A stretch of 62,972 bases of DNA from an uncultured Gammaproteobacteria bacterium (GTDB lineage Bacteria; Pseudomonadota; Gammaproteobacteria; SZUA-229). Of the stretch, positions 58,881 through 62,972 are shown in pieces. The notes beneath the pieces were generated by a model. The model was not told where the DNA came from. It saw nothing but the letters and a program-made list of their open reading frames with translations, and ran no database searches. Location of the stretch: the NCBI GenBank assembly GCA_963768215.1, contig CAVYHW010000111.1, forward strand, positions 1-62,972, written 5' to 3'. Made by a program: the position numbers and the translations under genes. Within the stretch, counting starts at the first letter, position 1. Every line of letters begins with the position of its first letter.

Positions 58881-60629
58881 CTATCTATTGGTAATCCAGA
58901 CAAATTCATAAGGTTGAAGTGTGATATCTTCGCGCGAATCGTGATACTTATAACCACTGATCAAATCCCGCCATTCATCCAGTTCGATCAGATTAACATC
59001 CTTCAATGCAAAACTTTGAACTTCATTTGTGATGTTGTAGATACAGAAAATACTTTGCCATCGGTCCTGGCTCTGACGCCAGAAGGCAAACAGAGGTTCA
59101 TCAAAATGCATGGTAAACTGCGTCGCATTCGGGTGAAACGCAGGTTGCCGTTTACGTATAGCTATTATTTTTGTAATCTGTGCAAAAGCCTTATGATGAA
59201 GACTGCTGTCATCGTCGAGTGCATCAACCAGCTCATTGTAATCCCAGTTATGTCGATTGATAGAACGTTTGTTTGATGTCATCTCAAATTTTTTGTGGTC
59301 GTTTTGAGTTGCGAACAGACTATGGATATAGAAAGCCGGCATTCCCTCTAACGCCAGCATAATGGCGTGAGCACAGATAAACCTGGAAAACTGGTGATCA
59401 TCTTCACCATCAAATGTTCCTTTAAGCGCATCTACCAGGCTTATATTTAGCTCATAAGGCTGAAGTTGCCCATCAGCAAGCGTGCGCCACGAAACATCAC
59501 CACCAAAACTTTTCATCAGGGCAGCCAGATCATTTACCTCTTCATCAGACAATATACCCTCAACCGGTCGCAACCCGATGCCATCATGTGAAGCGATGAA
59601 ATTAAAATAGGTGGTTCCATTCTGCGCTGGCGGCATGCTCATCATCCACTGTTTTATCAAGCCTGATCTTCCGGTAAGCAGGGTATAAAGGATTAGTGGC
59701 GGCAAGGTAAAATTGTAGATCAGGTGGGCTTCGTTAGCATTACCAAAGTAAGACAGGTTTTCCTTATTAGGAATATTGGTTTCGGTAATAATAATGGCAG
59801 ACTTATTGTTATGCTCGATTAACAGGCGCAGTAATCGAATCACCTCATGTGTTTCTGTCAGGTTGATACAGGAGGTACCGACCTGTTTCCATAAAAATGC
59901 GACCGCATCCAGTCGAAAAAGTGTAACGCCATGATCAAGATAGTGCTTGATGATTTTCACGAACTCGAGCAACACCTTTGGATTTTTAAAATCCAGATCG
60001 ATCTGATCATGACTGAATGTGCACCAGACATATTTTTTTCCTGTTAGCGTCTCTGTTTCACGTAACAGCGGGGATGTTCTCGGTCGCACTACCGTAGTTA
60101 AATCCGTGTCAGGGTCACACTCTATAAAATAATCCGCACCCGGATATTTTCCCTGTTTAAAATTATCAAACCACAGGCTGCGACTGGAGCAGTGGTTGAT
60201 CACCAGGTCGGCCATTAATTTGAAGTCCTTTGCTATATTGCTGATATCTTCCCAGTCACCCAGCGACTGGTTGACTTCTGAATAATTGATAACCGAAAAA
60301 CCGTCATCCGAACTGAAAGGATAAAACGGTAAAATATGAACCGTATTGATTACATCGCGTAAATAATCATTAAGAAAATGATGCAAAGTTTCCAGTGGCA
60401 ACTCGTTTTCTTTTTTTATGCTGTCACCATAAGTTATAGTGACAACATCCGTTTCATCCCAGAGATTAATATGTGATTCTGTCTCTGTGAGACCACTGTC
60501 AAATCCCATCGCCAAAATTATTTCATCGGCTATGGCGTCAATATTTTCATCCGGGTAAAGCTTGAGCAGATGATCACTAATCCTGGCTTTTATTTCACCC
60601 AGTGTATTGTCAGGCTGACCTTGCTTCAT
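58881..60629 (-). CDS. GH13_18 sugar phosphorylase (glucosylglycerate phosphorylase-like)
   Basis: TITYGDS, HILPFYPFSSDDGF, DLVINH, RLDAVAFLWK, ASHDGIGLRP, YELN; sits in the gpgS/gpgP cluster. Confidence 0.88.
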   Translation of the reverse strand: MKQGQPDNTLGEIKARISDHLLKLYPDENIDAIADEIILAMGFDSGLTETESHINLWDETDVVTITYGDSIKKENELPLETLHHFLNDYLRDVINTVHILPFYPFSSDDGFSVINYSEVNQSLGDWEDISNIAKDFKLMADLVINHCSSRSLWFDNFKQGKYPGADYFIECDPDTDLTTVVRPRTSPLLRETETLTGKKYVWCTFSHDQIDLDFKNPKVLLEFVKIIKHYLDHGVTLFRLDAVAFLWKQVGTSCINLTETHEVIRLLRLLIEHNNKSAIIITETNIPNKENLSYFGNANEAHLIYNFTLPPLILYTLLTGRSGLIKQWMMSMPPAQNGTTYFNFIASHDGIGLRPVEGILSDEEVNDLAALMKSFGGDVSWRTLADGQLQPYELNISLVDALKGTFDGEDDHQFSRFICAHAIMLALEGMPAFYIHSLFATQNDHKKFEMTSNKRSINRHNWDYNELVDALDDDSSLHHKAFAQITKIIAIRKRQPAFHPNATQFTMHFDEPLFAFWRQSQDRWQSIFCIYNITNEVQSFALKDVNLIELDEWRDLISGYKYHDSREDITLQPYEFVWITNR

Positions 60630-61846
60630 GAAAACTCTTTTCTATCCTGCTCGACAGCATCAAGTAGTTGAACAAATATATCCGGTATGGCGCTCGAAAC
60701 ACGGTTCCAGCTGGGAATGAATGGCGCCTTGTCAGCGTCTTTCAGGAAAATCTTACCCGCGTATTTTATGTTTTCGGCAAACATTTCTACCATCATTTCT
60801 TCTTCATGCGTTTCGAAATTCAAACCATTAAAAATGGCGTCGTTGCGGTAACTGTCGATCAGGTCAAGTGCAATTCGGTAATAAGTTGCTTTGGTCGTTC
60901 TAAAACTTTCTTTGGTAAAATTAATACCGTCAGTAGCCAGTTTTTTAAAGATTGCCTTGGTGATATCCACCGACATTTTAGACAGTCCTTTTTCATTATC
61001 TTCTTTCGATAAGACCTGGTGCTTATGATCGTAGTTTTCGGCTATATCAACCTGGCACAGATGACTGGTCGCATAGTTCTTCTTCATCTCCATCAATATG
61101 CCGACTTCCAGGCCCCAGTCTGTTGGCATACGCAAACTATCCAGAACATCAAGGCGCATGGAGAATTCACCTGCTAATGGATACCTGAAGCTATCGAGAA
61201 AATCCAGGTATTCATGCGGACCATGCTGTTGGTTTAGCGCACGTACCAGCGGTGTAACCAGTAATCGTGAAACGCGGCCACTCATTGAATTTTCAGCAAT
61301 CCTTGGATAATAACCTTTGCAAAACTGGTAACTGAATAGCGGGTTAGCTACCGGGTAAAGCAACCTTGCCAGCATATCGCGCCTGTAGGTAATGATATCG
61401 CAATCATGCAACGCTACTGCCTGTGTATTTTGTTTTGCCAGCATATACCCCATGCAATACCATACATTACGGCCTTTACCTGCTTCGCTTGGCGCCAGCC
61501 CTTCTTTGCGTAATTGTTCATCGATTGCCCGCAGGTTCGGGCCATCATTCCATAACAGGCTATGTTGCTGTGGCAGGCGCGAGAAAAATTTTATGGCCTG
61601 TTTAAATTCTTTTTTATTCGCCTGGTCGATACCGATCACAACCTGATTCAGGTATTTAACTTTTTCCAGCTCATCAACAATCGTGGTTAAAGCCGGCCGC
61701 TCAAGTTCTGAATGCAGAGAAGGCAATATCAACCCCATTGGGCGTATATGAGAAAAATTTATTAATTCGTCTTCTATCTGCTCAAGAGTGCGCGATGAAA
61801 GATTGTGTAAAGTCGTGATACGGCCATTTTGAAAAAAGTCGCTCAT
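60626..61846 (-). CDS. gpgS: Glucosyl-3-phosphoglycerate synthase-like glycosyltransferase
   Basis: DFFQNGRITTLHNL, GKGRNVW, LHDCDI, FRYPLAGEF, DWGLEVG, YDHKHQ. Confidence 0.8.
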   Translation of the reverse strand: MSDFFQNGRITTLHNLSSRTLEQIEDELINFSHIRPMGLILPSLHSELERPALTTIVDELEKVKYLNQVVIGIDQANKKEFKQAIKFFSRLPQQHSLLWNDGPNLRAIDEQLRKEGLAPSEAGKGRNVWYCMGYMLAKQNTQAVALHDCDIITYRRDMLARLLYPVANPLFSYQFCKGYYPRIAENSMSGRVSRLLVTPLVRALNQQHGPHEYLDFLDSFRYPLAGEFSMRLDVLDSLRMPTDWGLEVGILMEMKKNYATSHLCQVDIAENYDHKHQVLSKEDNEKGLSKMSVDITKAIFKKLATDGINFTKESFRTTKATYYRIALDLIDSYRNDAIFNGLNFETHEEEMMVEMFAENIKYAGKIFLKDADKAPFIPSWNRVSSAIPDIFVQLLDAVEQDRKEFS

Positions 61847-61861
61847 TTTAAACCCCTGGAT

Positions 61862-62674
61862 TTAATAAATTTGCATCAACACCTGGTTGATGGCTTCTTG
61901 CCAGCCTTCCGGTGCAACTGCTTCTGTCTGTATATCCGGTGAAACCAGTTTACGCAGTTGATGATTGGAAGGCGAATTAACAATCACAGAAATATCTGCT
62001 AGCGCTAACATCGCGGCGTCGTTTGCACTGTCACCCAGCACGATAGTCTTAACATTACCTTTATAACACCTGATCAGCCGAGCCGTGGCTTCGCCTTTAT
62101 CGCAATTACCGATAACATGTAAAAAACGTCCACCTTGCAGAGTCGTCAATGCGTTTAATTTAAGTTGCTGTTGAAACTCATTCAACGCAGTTTCATCCGC
62201 CTGCCATATTAAAGGTTCGCTAAATTCTCTAGCGATAGCCTGAGCTGCCTGCTCCTTACTTAATCCGGTCAATGCAACGGCCTGTTCTACCGAGCATAAT
62301 GAAAGACGCAAATAGTTTTGTTCAGCGGTTTTAATATTTTGTAGTATCGCATCGATCCTGTTCTTCTCAACGCCGATCAGCAGTGCCCAGTAATCCTCAC
62401 GAGACGTCGCCCCCGGCGGTTTATCAAACCTGGTTTTTGGCAAATAGATACAGGAACCGTTTTCAACGATAAACGGATCGTTTATACCCAGCGTATGCAG
62501 TATGGCTACAGTTTCCGCATAGGTCTTACTGGTGTTTAAAATGACAGGAATGTTTATTTTCTGCAACAGGGTGATTGCATTTTTTGCCGCATCAAAAGTA
62601 TAACTGTCATGATTCAACAGCGTGCCGTCAAGGTCTGTTACTACCAGCCACTGTACATTACTGCTAGACATCAT
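61862..62674 (-). CDS. HAD-IIB glucosyl/mannosyl-3-phosphoglycerate phosphatase
   Basis: TDLDGTLL, NTSKT, FIVENG, REFSEP, QGGRFLH, LGDSAND. Confidence 0.9.
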   Translation of the reverse strand: MMSSSNVQWLVVTDLDGTLLNHDSYTFDAAKNAITLLQKINIPVILNTSKTYAETVAILHTLGINDPFIVENGSCIYLPKTRFDKPPGATSREDYWALLIGVEKNRIDAILQNIKTAEQNYLRLSLCSVEQAVALTGLSKEQAAQAIAREFSEPLIWQADETALNEFQQQLKLNALTTLQGGRFLHVIGNCDKGEATARLIRCYKGNVKTIVLGDSANDAAMLALADISVIVNSPSNHQLRKLVSPDIQTEAVAPEGWQEAINQVLMQIY

Positions 62675-62972
62675 TTTGAATGATACCAGTAATAGAATGA
62701 TCTGCTGCAATGGGTAATACCACATCAGCGGTAGTCGGAAGATGAATTAAGGTATGCCGACTTATGCGCTCGTAGTGCTGAATAAATCGTTTCAATTGTG
62801 CATCACTCATAACATGTTTCTGAGCTGCAGCAGAAGCTTTCAGTTTCTGTTCCTGCAGTTTGCGCCAGTCATAGATACGTTCAAAATCCTGTGCGTTTAA
62901 CATTATGTTCATATCAGCGTATTTAAAAACGCGATGATGATAATCGTTTAACTGTTCATTAGCATAATGTCG
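62664..62972 (-). CDS. C-terminal part of a D-glycerate 3-kinase-like P-loop kinase (5' end outside window)
   Basis: IYDWRKLQEQKL...MSDAQLKRFIQHYERISRH...LP..ADVV; position upstream of the phosphatase and gpgS. Confidence 0.7.
   Translation of the reverse strand, partial: RHYANEQLNDYHHRVFKYADMNIMLNAQDFERIYDWRKLQEQKLKASAAAQKHVMSDAQLKRFIQHYERISRHTLIHLPTTADVVLPIAADHSITGIIQNDV

Overview
Chromosomal window from a sulfur-oxidising gammaproteobacterium, inferred from soeABC, a sulfur-globule-type protein, the leuCDB-asd-fimV-truA-trpF-trpB synteny, efp/epmAB and fimWX. Housekeeping blocks are trp/leu/asd/fimV/truA, aroC-prmB, psd, efp-epmA-epmB, gltA and a glucosylglycerate cluster at the right edge. 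The most interesting region is a co-directional 11-gene cluster at 19.5-33.2 kb (minus strand). It encodes an MFP, an RND pump with a ~30x K(E/Q/K)AAA helical tail and no outer-membrane factor, two secreted Pro/Trp-rich proteins, an SgpA/B-like sulfur globule envelope protein, a LolA-like/DUF4412-type protein, an orphan ParA, a TPR membrane protein, DUF302, a Met-heptad coiled-coil membrane protein and a membrane-anchored dynamin-like NTPase. I interpret it as a candidate machinery for sulfur-globule biogenesis, loading and positioning; this is inference from gene content only. Intergenic DNA is dense in palindromic elements: two ~280-290 bp MITEs, at least seven 9-10 nt-periodic hairpins and several REP-like pairs. 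Accessory patches (higBA; kefFC, cupins, deaminase) carry decayed attC-like sites and a Y1-transposase remnant. prmB and kefC contain single-base insertions that are probably sequencing errors. I saw no rRNA, tRNA or CRISPR array. All family assignments come from motif recognition, not database searches.
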